Position numbers and translations under genes: made by a program
In this document: positions 28,533 to 37,452 of the stretch, piece by piece
Position numbering within the stretch: position 1 is the first letter of the stretch
Layout: each line of letters begins with the position of its first letter
Assembly (NCBI GenBank): GCA_965215155.1
Contig: CBDCCY010000002.1
Span: 559,698 to 623,697 of the forward strand
Reading direction: 5' to 3'
Source of the DNA: Vicinamibacterales bacterium
GTDB taxonomy: Bacteria > Acidobacteriota > Vicinamibacteria > Vicinamibacterales > UBA8438
Length of the DNA: 64,000 bases
The notes under the pieces: generated by a model
What the model saw: only the letters and a program-made list of their open reading frames with translations
What the model was told of the DNA's origin: nothing
Database searches by the model: none

Positions 28533-29525
28533 TCAAGGCTCCCGCAGCCGCCGCTGCGCATCCCGAACCAGAGGATAGACCAGGACCGTCTTGGGCGCCG
28601 CGCCGGCACGACGGCCGTGCCGGTCCATGCGCCCGCGACCGCTCGTCGCGCCCAACGCGACCCAGTTGGCGGCACGGTAGCAACCCCCGTGGTGGCGGCG
28701 CGCGTCCACCAGCGTCTCCACCAGCCACGGCTCGAGGTGGTACCGGCGCGCCCAGTCCGCCACCAACCGACCGAGGCCACGCGCCAACACCGCGCTGGCC
28801 AGGTTCTTCACCCCGACCCACGGCAGCAACAGGAAGCGGCTGTTGTTGACCACCCGCTGCAGATTCCGCGCCCGCGTCCCATCGTCCCAGCCCACCCAGC
28901 GGTCCCGCACCGCCATGCGCCACGCCGGGCTCGAGAACTGCAGGCAGCCCACCACCGCGCGGACCGGCTTCGACGCATACACCAGATACCGCAGGTGCGC
29001 GCCGAACGGAACCGTGTGCCCCAGGTAGTGGTAGCGACCCACCAGCTCCCGGAACAGCAGCCGCTGCGCGGGCTCCTGCACCAACTCGACCTCCAGCGGC
29101 TCGATGTCGCGGACGCTCCCGACGAGCGAACGTCCCGGCTCCCCCACCGCCGTCCGGGGAACGCGGGTCACCGAACCGACCACGCGCCCCCGCCGCTTGT
29201 CCGGCAGCATCAGCGCCCCCTCCGCGTCGAGCCGTTCCAGGAACTCCCGGCACTCCCGCGCCTTCAGCCTCCCGTTCGGACGCCGCCACCGCAACAGCTC
29301 GCACACCGTGCGCGCCAGCTCCATCCGGCTCAAGCCCGAGCAATCCCGCACGACCTCGCGCATCAGCGTCACCTCGCGGTCGCTGAACGCACGTCCCGAG
29401 AAACTCGTCGTCGCCACGGCCATCGCGGGAAGGCGTCTCCCTTCCCACCACACCGTAGCAAGCGCCGCGCGAAATGTCCAGGGGCGCCGGAGAAACAGGC
29501 CACAGCGCCTCAGCGCCGTGGTCAC
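28533..29525 (-). CDS. DUF4338 / DruA-like protein
   Basis: LVGRYHYLGHTVPFGAHLRYLVYA, FSSPAWRMAVRDRWVGWDDGTRARNLQRVVNNSRFLLLPWVGVKNLASAVL, VETLVDARRHHGGCYRAANWVALGATSGRGR. Confidence 0.85.
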   Translation of the reverse strand: MTTALRRCGLFLRRPWTFRAALATVWWEGRRLPAMAVATTSFSGRAFSDREVTLMREVVRDCSGLSRMELARTVCELLRWRRPNGRLKARECREFLERLDAEGALMLPDKRRGRVVGSVTRVPRTAVGEPGRSLVGSVRDIEPLEVELVQEPAQRLLFRELVGRYHYLGHTVPFGAHLRYLVYASKPVRAVVGCLQFSSPAWRMAVRDRWVGWDDGTRARNLQRVVNNSRFLLLPWVGVKNLASAVLARGLGRLVADWARRYHLEPWLVETLVDARRHHGGCYRAANWVALGATSGRGRMDRHGRRAGAAPKTVLVYPLVRDAQRRLREP

Positions 29526-29668
29526 CGGCTCCGGTCGGCTGCTCGAAGGGCCCGGTGGGGACGCTGGTCCGGTGCTGTCCCCGCCAGAATGCCCCCAACT
29601 GAGAGGGGGCGCGGAGATAAACCACTATCAGTCAATGAGATAGCTCTCTACGGAAAAGAGCCGCACCC

Positions 29669-29850
29669 AAGTCCTTTCATATCAACAGATTCCCACATCA
29701 CAAACCCGCCCCCACGTACAGACAAAAGGGTCGGGGGGGAGTAGGGGAGCGACCACGCGGAAACCTGCCGGTTTCCGGCCCCCGCAGGTGTTCCTCCGTC
29801 ACACCTGCGGGGTCGCGGTCGCTCCCCTGGAATTGTCCCTCCGGGAAGGG
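29669..29850 (+). repeat. Direct repeat R2, right portion
   Basis: Matches 21588-21770, including the nested hairpin module. Confidence 0.9.
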
Positions 29851-29914
29851 GGGACAGGCGCTTGCAGCGCCTGCACGGGCCGGCTGCCATGCTCTGCCCG
29901 TGTCCGAAGGCACC

Positions 29915-30225
29915 CTGACGGAAGGCGGCGCTCGTCGAGGAGGTGGCCGACGCCGCCGGCCTCACGAAGAAGCGCGCCGAGATCATCGTCGACACCCTGT
30001 TCGACAGCATCGCCGAGGCGCTCCGCCACGGGGAGAGGTCGAAGTCCGCGGCTTCGGCAGTTTCCGTCTCCGGCGGCGCGCGCCGCGCCGGGGCCGCAAC
30101 CCCAGGACGGCGACCGGGTGGACGTGCCGTCGAAGCACGTCGCCTACTTCACGTCCGGCAAGGAGCTGAAGGAGCTGATCAACCGGGACCCGGCCCTGCC
30201 GGTGCCGCCGCCGTTGTCCGAGTAG
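29915..30225 (+). pseudogene. HU/IHF-family DNA-binding protein, frameshifted
   Basis: ALVEEVADAAGLTKKRAEIIVDTLFDSIAEALRHGE | VEVRGFGSFRLRRRAPRRGRNPRT | VDVPSKHVAYFTSGKELKELINRDP spread across three frames. Confidence 0.8.
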
Positions 30226-30628
30226 CTGGCGTCGAAGCGTCGCTCCGTCGTCCGCGGCCGGTCCGGTCGCACGGCGCCCGCCAACGCGCGTGGACAGCCT
30301 CTGCGAGGGGCGTGTCAAGACTCGATCAAGCGCCGTTACGTAACGCTACTCAAATGAACGCGCGTGGATAGCCTCTGCGAGCGGCGTGTCAAGACGCTGC
30401 GGTCTTCCGCGGGATCTGTTAGGACGGTGACGGAAACTACGTTGCCACGTTCGCGGGCGCGAGCCCCGGAATCACGGGCCTGGGGCGTCACGCCAGTTGG
30501 CAAAGTTGTATCGATCGCTGTCCTTACGGTATCCTTTCCGATACAGCCCGCGCGTGCCGCGGCCGCTCTCTCGCTACCGAGCGAGAACGCTTGAGCGGGG
30601 GGCGGGGCCGTTGTGGGCAACGCGAATC

Positions 30629-31564
30629 ATGGTTTCTCCACGTCATCCCGTCGAACCCGACGTTCGCGCCGGAGACCCGGAAATCCGTCCGAGCGGCCTC
30701 GCGACGCCGTTCCCATCGGTGTCGGTCATTCTCCCGGCCCGCGACGCCGAGGAGAGCATCGGGAAGGCGCTCGACTCGGTGTTGGCTCAGGACTACAACG
30801 GTTCGGTGGAGGTGATCGTTGCCGACGGGTCCGACAACACCGCCACGTCGGACCTGGTTCGGCGGCTGTATCCGACGGTGACACTGATTCCCAATCCGCA
30901 ACGTGTCATCGGGTATGGCATCCAGGCGGCGTTGCGGGTGGCGACCGGAGAGATCGTCGCACGCTGCGACGCCCATACGACCTGGCCGCCTGGATACCTG
31001 CACCGGGCGGTAGAGACGCTGCAGAGAACCGGGGCGGCCAACGTCGGCGGCCGACAACGACCGGTCGGCACCACGTTCTTCGAGCGCGCGGTGGCGCTGG
31101 CGATGACCACGCCGCTGGGGACGGGGCCTGTTCGCTACCGGCTGGGGGGCCTCGAGGGCCCCGTCGAGACCGTCTACCTCGGCGTGTACCGACGTGACAG
31201 GCTGGCCGCGGTGGGCAGTTACGCCCCCGACATGGTCCGGGGCGAGGACTATGATCTCAATACCCGGCTGCGGATGCACGGGGAAACGGTGTGGTTCGAT
31301 CCCGAGCTCGTGGTCGACTATCGGCCGCGCGGCACCCTGCGGGACCTCGTCCGACAATATTTTGGCAACGGCCGTTGGAAGCGGGTGGCGTTGCTACGAC
31401 AACCGACGGCGCTGCTGCCCCGGCACGGCGGCGGCTTGCTGCTGCCCCGGCACGGCGCCGGCCCGCTGCTGCTGCTTGGGTTGGCGGCCTCCGCGGTCCT
31501 CTTCTGGGCCGGCGCTCCTGGGGCGGCGGCGTTGCCGCTCACGTATGTAGTCACCTTGGCCCTA
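30629..31564 (+). pseudogene. Family 2 glycosyltransferase (ExoA-like), 5' part; interrupted by IS630 copy 2
   Basis: VSVILPARDAEESIGKALDSV, IVADGSDNT, VRGEDYDLNTRLR; the reading frame resumes after the IS at ~32723 as SLVVGVRRRSCAALLLPLVLATMHLSWAVGFFTPLG. Confidence 0.9.
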
Positions 31565-32722
31565 GTGTGCACCGTCAGAAATACGTGAGCAGTAACGCTT
31601 CAGGGATTCCAGGATCTGCTCGGCGGTCTTCGTCCAGACGAAGGGCTTGGGGTCTTCGTTGTAGACCGCCAGGTACTCCTTGATCGCCGCCTCGAGTGCT
31701 TGGGTGCTGCGATGGGTTCCACGCCGGATCTGCTGCCGGGTGATCTCGGCGAACCAACGCTCTACCTGGTTGAGCCACGATGCGCTCGTGGGCGTGAAGT
31801 GCAGGTGATACCGAGGACGCCGTGCCAGCCAGTCGTGGATCATCGCCGTCTTGTGCGTGCCGTAGTTGTCCAGCACCAGGTGGATGTCGAGGTCGGGCGG
31901 CACCGCCTTGTCGATCACGGCGAGGAAGCGCTTGAACTCCACCGAGCGGTGCTTCCGAAAGCACCTGCCGATCACCTCGCCGGTGGCGGTGTTCAGGGCC
32001 GCGAACAACGAGGTCGTGCCGTGCCGTCGATAGTCGTGTGTCCGCTGCTCCGGTGCTCCCGGACGCATCGGCAACACCGGCTGGGTACGGTTCAACGCCT
32101 GGATCTGCGACTTCTCATCCACACACAGCACCACCGCTCGCTCCGGCGGATGCAGGTACAGCCCCACGATATCGCGCACTTTCTCGATGAACAACGGGTC
32201 TCGCGACAGCTTGAAGGTCTCGCTGCGATGGGGCTTGAGCGCGAACGCGCCACACGCGGCCGACGGTCGAAGCGCTCAGCCCGCAGGCTCGGGCCATCGA
32301 CTCCCGGCTCCAATGCGTCGCCCCCCGTGGGGTCGTCTCCAGCGTCCGGACCACGACCCGTTCGACGTCCTCGTCCGACACCCGGCGCGGCGCGCCCGGC
32401 CGTGGTTCGTCCAGCAAGCCGTCGCAGCCGTTGCGCAGGAACCGCCGCCGCCACTTGCCGACCGTGGCCCGCGTCGTGCCCAGAGCCTGCGCCACGACCT
32501 GGTCGCTCCGTCCCGCGGCGCTCTGCAGCACGATGCGTGCCCTCAGGGCCAGAGCCTGCGCGGTATTGCGCCGGCGCAGCCAACCCTCCAGTTCCTCGCG
32601 CTGTGCGTCCGAGACCTCCGGGACCTCTCGTGTGTAATGGTTCGGCACGGCCCTCCTCGCTTCCGGGCCGACCGTACCACGAGCCGATTCTACTGGTCAA
32701 AAACTTCAGGCGTTGGACACTA
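31563..32722 (-). mobile_element. IS630-type insertion sequence, copy 2 (frameshifted transposase), TA target duplication
   Basis: Near-identical inverted copy of 11824-12985 with TA at 31563-31564 and 32721-32722; lacks 2 bp in the GCGCGCG tract (VWRAFALKP becomes VWRVRAQAP). Confidence 0.93.
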
Positions 32723-32880
32723 GTGTCTCTGGTGGTCGGCGTTCGTCGCCGTTCGTGCGCCGCGTTGCTGCTCCCGCTGGTCTTGGCGACGATGCATCTG
32801 AGCTGGGCGGTCGGTTTCTTTACCCCGTTGGGGCGCCGGGGTCGCGGCCGGCGACCGACGCGGTCGGCGGAACCGCGATG
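32723..32880 (+). pseudogene. 3' remainder of the IS-disrupted family 2 glycosyltransferase
   Basis: In silico removal of the IS and one TA gives ...TLALVSLVVGVRRRSCAALLLPLVLATMHLSWAVGFFTPLGRRG... Confidence 0.85.
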
Positions 32881-34029
32881 AAGTCGGAGCAGGGTCGCGG
32901 CGATCGATGGCCGAAGATTCTGATCGTCGGTCCGCTAGGCTCCGGGGAGTCCGCCACCAACGTGATTGGAGGGAACAAGGTTTCGTGCGACGACCTGGTC
33001 CATGAATTGGAGATGCGAGGTTTCGAGCTGGATATGGTCGATACCTCGGGACGCGTGACCAATCTCCCCCGCTGGAAAGTCCAGGCGAGTCGTCTTGCGA
33101 GGTTCCTGCGGATGGTCCGAGGTGTCGTGAAGAAGATCCGGCACTCGCAGCTCGTCTTCGTGTTCATTGCTCCCTCTTCCGCGACGGTCGTCGCTTCGTC
33201 GGCCTGGATTCTCTGCAGAATAGCCCGTCGCCCCTTGGTGCTGCGGTTGTCCGGGGCCGATCTCGATTCCGTGTATTGCAAGTACGGTGCCCCGGCCCGC
33301 TGGCTGGCGGATCGCACCTGGATGCGCTGTTCGCTGATGTACGTCGAAACACAGCGGTTGCGCCGGATCTTCGACAACCGAACCAGTTGTCGCTGGTTGC
33401 CCAACATAAGGAACGTCGAGGCGCATGCTGCGGTCGGGCGCGAGGAGCGTCACAAGAAGGAGATCCGCAAGCTGATCTTCATCTCCCGACTGCACATGGA
33501 CAAGGGGCTGGCCGAGGCGCTCCGTGCTTGCCGCGACTTGCCGGACCACTGTCATCTCCAGGTGTTCGGACCACGCATGTCCGACACGGACTTTTCCCTG
33601 TTCGCGGGGCATCCCAGGGCGAGCTACTGCGGCGTTCTGCAGCCCGAGGAGGTGCCGCAGGTCATGCGCGACCATGACGTGCTGCTGTTTCCCAGCTACT
33701 ACCCGATGGAGGGTTATCCCGGCGTCATCATCGAGGCCTTTCAGTGCGGCTTGCCGGTCATCGCCGCCAGGTGGCGAGACGTTCCGGAACTCGTCGAGCA
33801 TGAGGAGAACGGCCTGGTGGTGGAACCGCGCTCCGCTGCGGCCGTGCGGTCTGCAATCGAACGGTTGCTGAACGATCCCGGTCTGTATCGGCGGCTTTGC
33901 GAGGGTGCGCGGCGGCGCGGCGACGACTTCCGCAGCAAGAACTGGTTCGGGCCCGTCGCCGAGGACCTGCGCGCGCTGACGCTGGGTACTGGGGCGATAG
34001 CGACCGGAACGTATCTCTCGAAGCGGTGA
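32878..34029 (+). CDS. Family 4 (GT-B) glycosyltransferase
   Basis: LIFISRLHMDKGLAEAL, VFGP, LLFPSYYPMEGYPGVIIEAFQCGLPVIAARWRDVPELV. Confidence 0.92.
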   Translation: MKSEQGRGDRWPKILIVGPLGSGESATNVIGGNKVSCDDLVHELEMRGFELDMVDTSGRVTNLPRWKVQASRLARFLRMVRGVVKKIRHSQLVFVFIAPSSATVVASSAWILCRIARRPLVLRLSGADLDSVYCKYGAPARWLADRTWMRCSLMYVETQRLRRIFDNRTSCRWLPNIRNVEAHAAVGREERHKKEIRKLIFISRLHMDKGLAEALRACRDLPDHCHLQVFGPRMSDTDFSLFAGHPRASYCGVLQPEEVPQVMRDHDVLLFPSYYPMEGYPGVIIEAFQCGLPVIAARWRDVPELVEHEENGLVVEPRSAAAVRSAIERLLNDPGLYRRLCEGARRRGDDFRSKNWFGPVAEDLRALTLGTGAIATGTYLSKR

Positions 34030-34066
34030 GCAGCCCCGATCGGCAACACAGGCGCGGCTGGAGCGC

Positions 34067-35422
34067 TCAGCGGGCGCCGAGGACAACGCGGAATGTCCGC
34101 CAGGCGTGGACGGCGTCGTCAGGCCGCGGCAGCCAGATTGAAGGCCAGCGCATGCGAGCAGCTATTCCGAACGCCGCCGCGAGCAGGATGAGTCGGCAGA
34201 TCATGCCCAGGGTCAGCCCCCAGGCAGCGGCCGCTACGCCGACCGCCGGATAGAGCACGGAAATCGCAACAAGATTCGCCGCCAGTCCCAGGGAGAAAGC
34301 GCAGGAACAGACGCCCGGGCGATCGATACCCTTGAAGTATGTTCCGAGTATGCCGGCGCAGGCACAGGCGAGCACTCCGGGGGCGAGGATCCACAGCAGC
34401 GGGACTACCGGCAGGAAGGCTCCGGGGAACAGGATTCGAACCAGCGGCGTGCTGATCGCGAGCAGGAGGAGAATCGCGGCCACGGTACTGCACGACACGA
34501 CCCGCAGGCAGAGCGCCGTCAAATCCGGGCGGCCGCTGCCTGCGATGCGGGGCAGCAGCGCGTTGCCGACCGCGTCGGAGATCATGCGAAGCCGGAACAT
34601 GAGCGCGTGCGCGGTTGCGAACAGGCCGATTTCCGCCGGGCTCGCGATCAGCCCGAGAAGGAGAACGCCCGCGCTCATTTCTAGCTCGCCGGCTATGCCC
34701 GCGGGGTGAAATCGCAGACCGTACGCGATGACTCGCGTGGAGACGGTGCGGAGCGGATTCACCAGAACCAGCCCGTGATGGCGCCGCAGGTACCACGCGC
34801 ACAAGGCCACGGTGCAACCGTGCGCGGCGGCGACCGCGAGCACGGCGCCGTCCACGCCGAGTCCCGATAGCCGCACGAGGACAAGAAGAACGAGGGCGTT
34901 CACGGCGAGGTGAAGCAGGGTGAACACCGCGAGACGTCCGAAGTGGCGGAGGGCCGCGAGTTGACGCTCCATGGCGCCCGAGAACGCCATGAGCGGAACC
35001 AGGGCAAGCGCCAAAAAGAAGGTACGCGTGTCCGCCTGCTGAAAGAAGGCCATCTCACCGTGGACCAACGGGATCGCCAGGGAGACGGCCAGGGCTCCGC
35101 CGACGAGGCAGATCGCGAGGGCGGCGCCGACGCCTTCCGAGACGGTCGCCTGTCTCGTGATGACGAAGTACTGCGCGCCTTCTCGCGCCCCCGGCGTGAA
35201 GAGCACGCTGAGAAAACTCGCGAACACGACGCACAGGGCGAAGCTGCCGCGGCCTGCCGGCAACAGCATGTAGGCCAGAAGACTCTGGATCGCGAGGCCC
35301 ACGACGACCTTGCCGACACGGGTCGCGAACACGATGGCTGCGTCCCGCCCGCCGGTCGTGTGCGGACGTCGTGGTGTATGGGGCTTTTCCGGTGTCACGG
35401 CTGCGACGTTTTCTGGCGCCAC
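34067..35422 (-). CDS. Wzx-like polysaccharide flippase
   Basis: Multiple TM segments, N-terminal KVVVGLAIQSLLAYMLLPAGRGSFALCVVFASFLSVLF typical of oligosaccharide flippases. Confidence 0.8.
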   Translation of the reverse strand: MAPENVAAVTPEKPHTPRRPHTTGGRDAAIVFATRVGKVVVGLAIQSLLAYMLLPAGRGSFALCVVFASFLSVLFTPGAREGAQYFVITRQATVSEGVGAALAICLVGGALAVSLAIPLVHGEMAFFQQADTRTFFLALALVPLMAFSGAMERQLAALRHFGRLAVFTLLHLAVNALVLLVLVRLSGLGVDGAVLAVAAAHGCTVALCAWYLRRHHGLVLVNPLRTVSTRVIAYGLRFHPAGIAGELEMSAGVLLLGLIASPAEIGLFATAHALMFRLRMISDAVGNALLPRIAGSGRPDLTALCLRVVSCSTVAAILLLLAISTPLVRILFPGAFLPVVPLLWILAPGVLACACAGILGTYFKGIDRPGVCSCAFSLGLAANLVAISVLYPAVGVAAAAWGLTLGMICRLILLAAAFGIAARMRWPSIWLPRPDDAVHAWRTFRVVLGAR

Positions 35423-35560
35423 GCCAGTTGCTCGAACAACGCGACGTACGCGTCGGCGGCTTTCTCGGGTGAGAAGTCGGCGGCTCGCGCCCGCAGCGCT
35501 TTCTCCGGCGGGTGCTCGCCGCGCAGGGTCTTGACCAACTGTATTCGGTTAGCGGGTGAT
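35395..35560 (-). pseudogene. C-terminal remnant of a probable glycosyltransferase
   Basis: NRIQLVKTLRGEHPPEKALRARAADFSPEKAADAYVALFEQLAWRQ immediately upstream of the flippase; 5' part absent. Confidence 0.4.
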
Positions 35561-35840
35561 TTCCCAATAGACACGGGCTGAGAGTGGACTTGGAGTGCGG
35601 AGGTTTCAGCGCGTCGACGCGGTGGCTGGAACCGACAGTGTGTTCGCGCGGCTTGCCTCCCCCGTCGCGATGCCACGGACACCGAACGCCAAGCCGGCGC
35701 GCGGGAGCATCGGCGCCGATTTCTCCGTGAAGTCCGGTGGCGACCGCGGGCTGCCGCGGGCGGTGCGGTCGTCCGCCTCCTGCGGCGGGGCGCCACGGGG
35801 ACCGGTCGCCCGTCGAGGTCGTATGTCGGACGTTGCCGGC

Positions 35841-36350
35841 CTACGGGAGCGGCGGCGGAAGGCCGAGGAGCTCGGGGACAACGGGCTCGACCGCGCGCAA
35901 CATCGCGGCGATCAGCGGAGGCAGGTCGAGGCCGCGTTGGCGCGCGGTGCGCACGACGCTGGCCAGGACCTGCTGGGTGTCGGCGCCGTGGCGGGTGCGG
36001 TTGCCGCCGCACACCTTGCGGATGACCACGGCGGGCCGGAGGGCCTGTTCGGCGCGCCAGTTGGTGGCGTCGAGCGAAGGGTCCCACAAGAATAGGAACA
36101 CAGCCGGGAATTCGGTGGCCAGGTGCGCCGCGAAACGCTCGGCGTCGTCCAGCGGCGGCGGGGCGTCGACCAGCCGCCCGAGCCGGGCCGTGAGTCGGCC
36201 GCGGGCCGTGGCCATCCCGTGCTCGCTCAGCGCTCCCGCGTTGCAGCGGTCCCGCAGGTCGAGACCGGCCCGCAGGACCGCCGCCACGTCGCCCGCCCAG
36301 GGACTGTTCGGATAGTCCTCCCGGAGCTGCTTGCAGCGTTGTAACAGGTG
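35841..36350 (-). pseudogene. IS66-type transposase, C-terminal part (split by RIT element)
   Basis: HLLQRCKQLREDYPNSPWAGDVAAVLRAGLDLRDRC...NWRAEQALRPAVVIRKVCGGNRTRHGADTQQVLASVVRTARQRG. Confidence 0.9.
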
Positions 36351-36462
36351 ATTCTTATTCCGATATCGGAATAAGAACCACTATGCCGATGTCAGGATTA
36401 TTCCGATGTTGGTGCAGACGCCCCTGTTGTTGGCGGCATCTGCACCAAACTGATCGGCATAA

Positions 36463-37452
36463 TCACAGCCCTTCGAGAAAGGCCAGGAGCGCGTCGGATG
36501 GTTGATAGCGGCCCCCGCGGACTTCGGCTGGGGTGGTCCTTGCGAGCGCCCGTTCCTTCAGGGCGAGGTCGGCATGGATGTAGATGTCGGTGGTGCGGAC
36601 GTGTTCGTGTCCGAGCCACAGGGCGATGACGGTGTTGTCGACCCCGGCGTGCAGCAACCGCATGGCTGCGGTGTGACGCAGCGTGTGCGGGGTGACGGTC
36701 TTCTCGCGGAGCGATGGGCAGGCGTGGGCCGCAGCAGCCACGTGCGTCGTGACGCGTTGCGCGAGGGCGTCTCGGCTGAGCGGTTTGCCTGTCCGCGTAG
36801 GGAAGACTGGTGCCTCTGGTGAGCTGGCGCATTCGGCCAGCCAGGCACGCAGGGCGGCGGCCACCGGCTTGGTGAGCGGAGTGACCCGGTGCTTGCGCCC
36901 TTTTCCAAGGCAGTGGACGTGCGCACCTCGCGCCAAGTGCAGGTCCGTGCAGCGCAGGCCGGTGAGTTCGGCGGCGCGCAATCCGGTCTGGATCGCGAGC
37001 GCGAGGAGAGTGTGGTCGCGGCGCCCGGTCCACGTGGTGCGGTCGGGGGCGGCGAGCAGGGCGTCGACTTCGAGGTCGGACAGGAAGGTCACGAGCCCAC
37101 GTGGACCGCGCGTGGGGGGCATCGCGAGTACGCGGGCAATGACGGCTGCCTGCTCGGGATGCTCCAGTGCGGCATAGCGGAACAGGGCATGAATGGCCGA
37201 CAACCGCGCGTTGCGGGTGCGCGCGGTGTTCGCGCGGTCGTGCTCGAGGTGGGCCAGGAATCGTCCGATGAGGGGTGCGTCGAGATCGCCGAGTTCCAGG
37301 TCCGAGGGGGCCTTGGCGAGGTGGACCGCGGCAAAGCGGACGAGCATCCGCCACGCGTCGCGGTAGGCAGCGACCGTGTGCGGGCTGGCGTGGCGCTGGT
37401 GCACGAGCCGCTCGGTGAAGAACGCCTGGAGCGTGGGAGCAAGGGCGCTCAT
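36463..37452 (-). CDS. Tyrosine recombinase, third gene of trio (RitC-like)
   Basis: LLALAIQTGLRAAELTGLRCTDLHL, TPHTLRHTAAMRLLHAGVD, WLGHEHVRTTDIYIH; ATGA overlap with upstream gene. Confidence 0.9.
   Translation of the reverse strand: MSALAPTLQAFFTERLVHQRHASPHTVAAYRDAWRMLVRFAAVHLAKAPSDLELGDLDAPLIGRFLAHLEHDRANTARTRNARLSAIHALFRYAALEHPEQAAVIARVLAMPPTRGPRGLVTFLSDLEVDALLAAPDRTTWTGRRDHTLLALAIQTGLRAAELTGLRCTDLHLARGAHVHCLGKGRKHRVTPLTKPVAAALRAWLAECASSPEAPVFPTRTGKPLSRDALAQRVTTHVAAAAHACPSLREKTVTPHTLRHTAAMRLLHAGVDNTVIALWLGHEHVRTTDIYIHADLALKERALARTTPAEVRGGRYQPSDALLAFLEGL

Larger units (their letters stand above)
26849..29668 (-). mobile_element. Two-gene transposon: DUF4338 (DruA-like) + ISKra4-type transposase, 2820 bp
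   Basis: Terminal inverted repeats GGGTGCGGCTCTT... at both ends, 9-bp target duplication AAGTCCTTT (26840-26848 and 29669-29677), and a paralogous empty site at ~21588-21604. Confidence 0.93.

Noticed and set aside
28533-29525. DUF4338 gene as part of a Druantia defence locus
   Set aside because: No DruE-type helicase or other Druantia genes; the gene lies within transposon ends and 3 bp from the transposase, so a transposon function is more likely.
31194-31550. Alternative-frame ORFs over the ExoA-like glycosyltransferase, including the GLLLPRHGAGPLLLL repeat region
   Set aside because: The LPRHGGG/LPRHGAG repetition is a small internal duplication in the TM-proximal region of one gene, not a separate coding feature.
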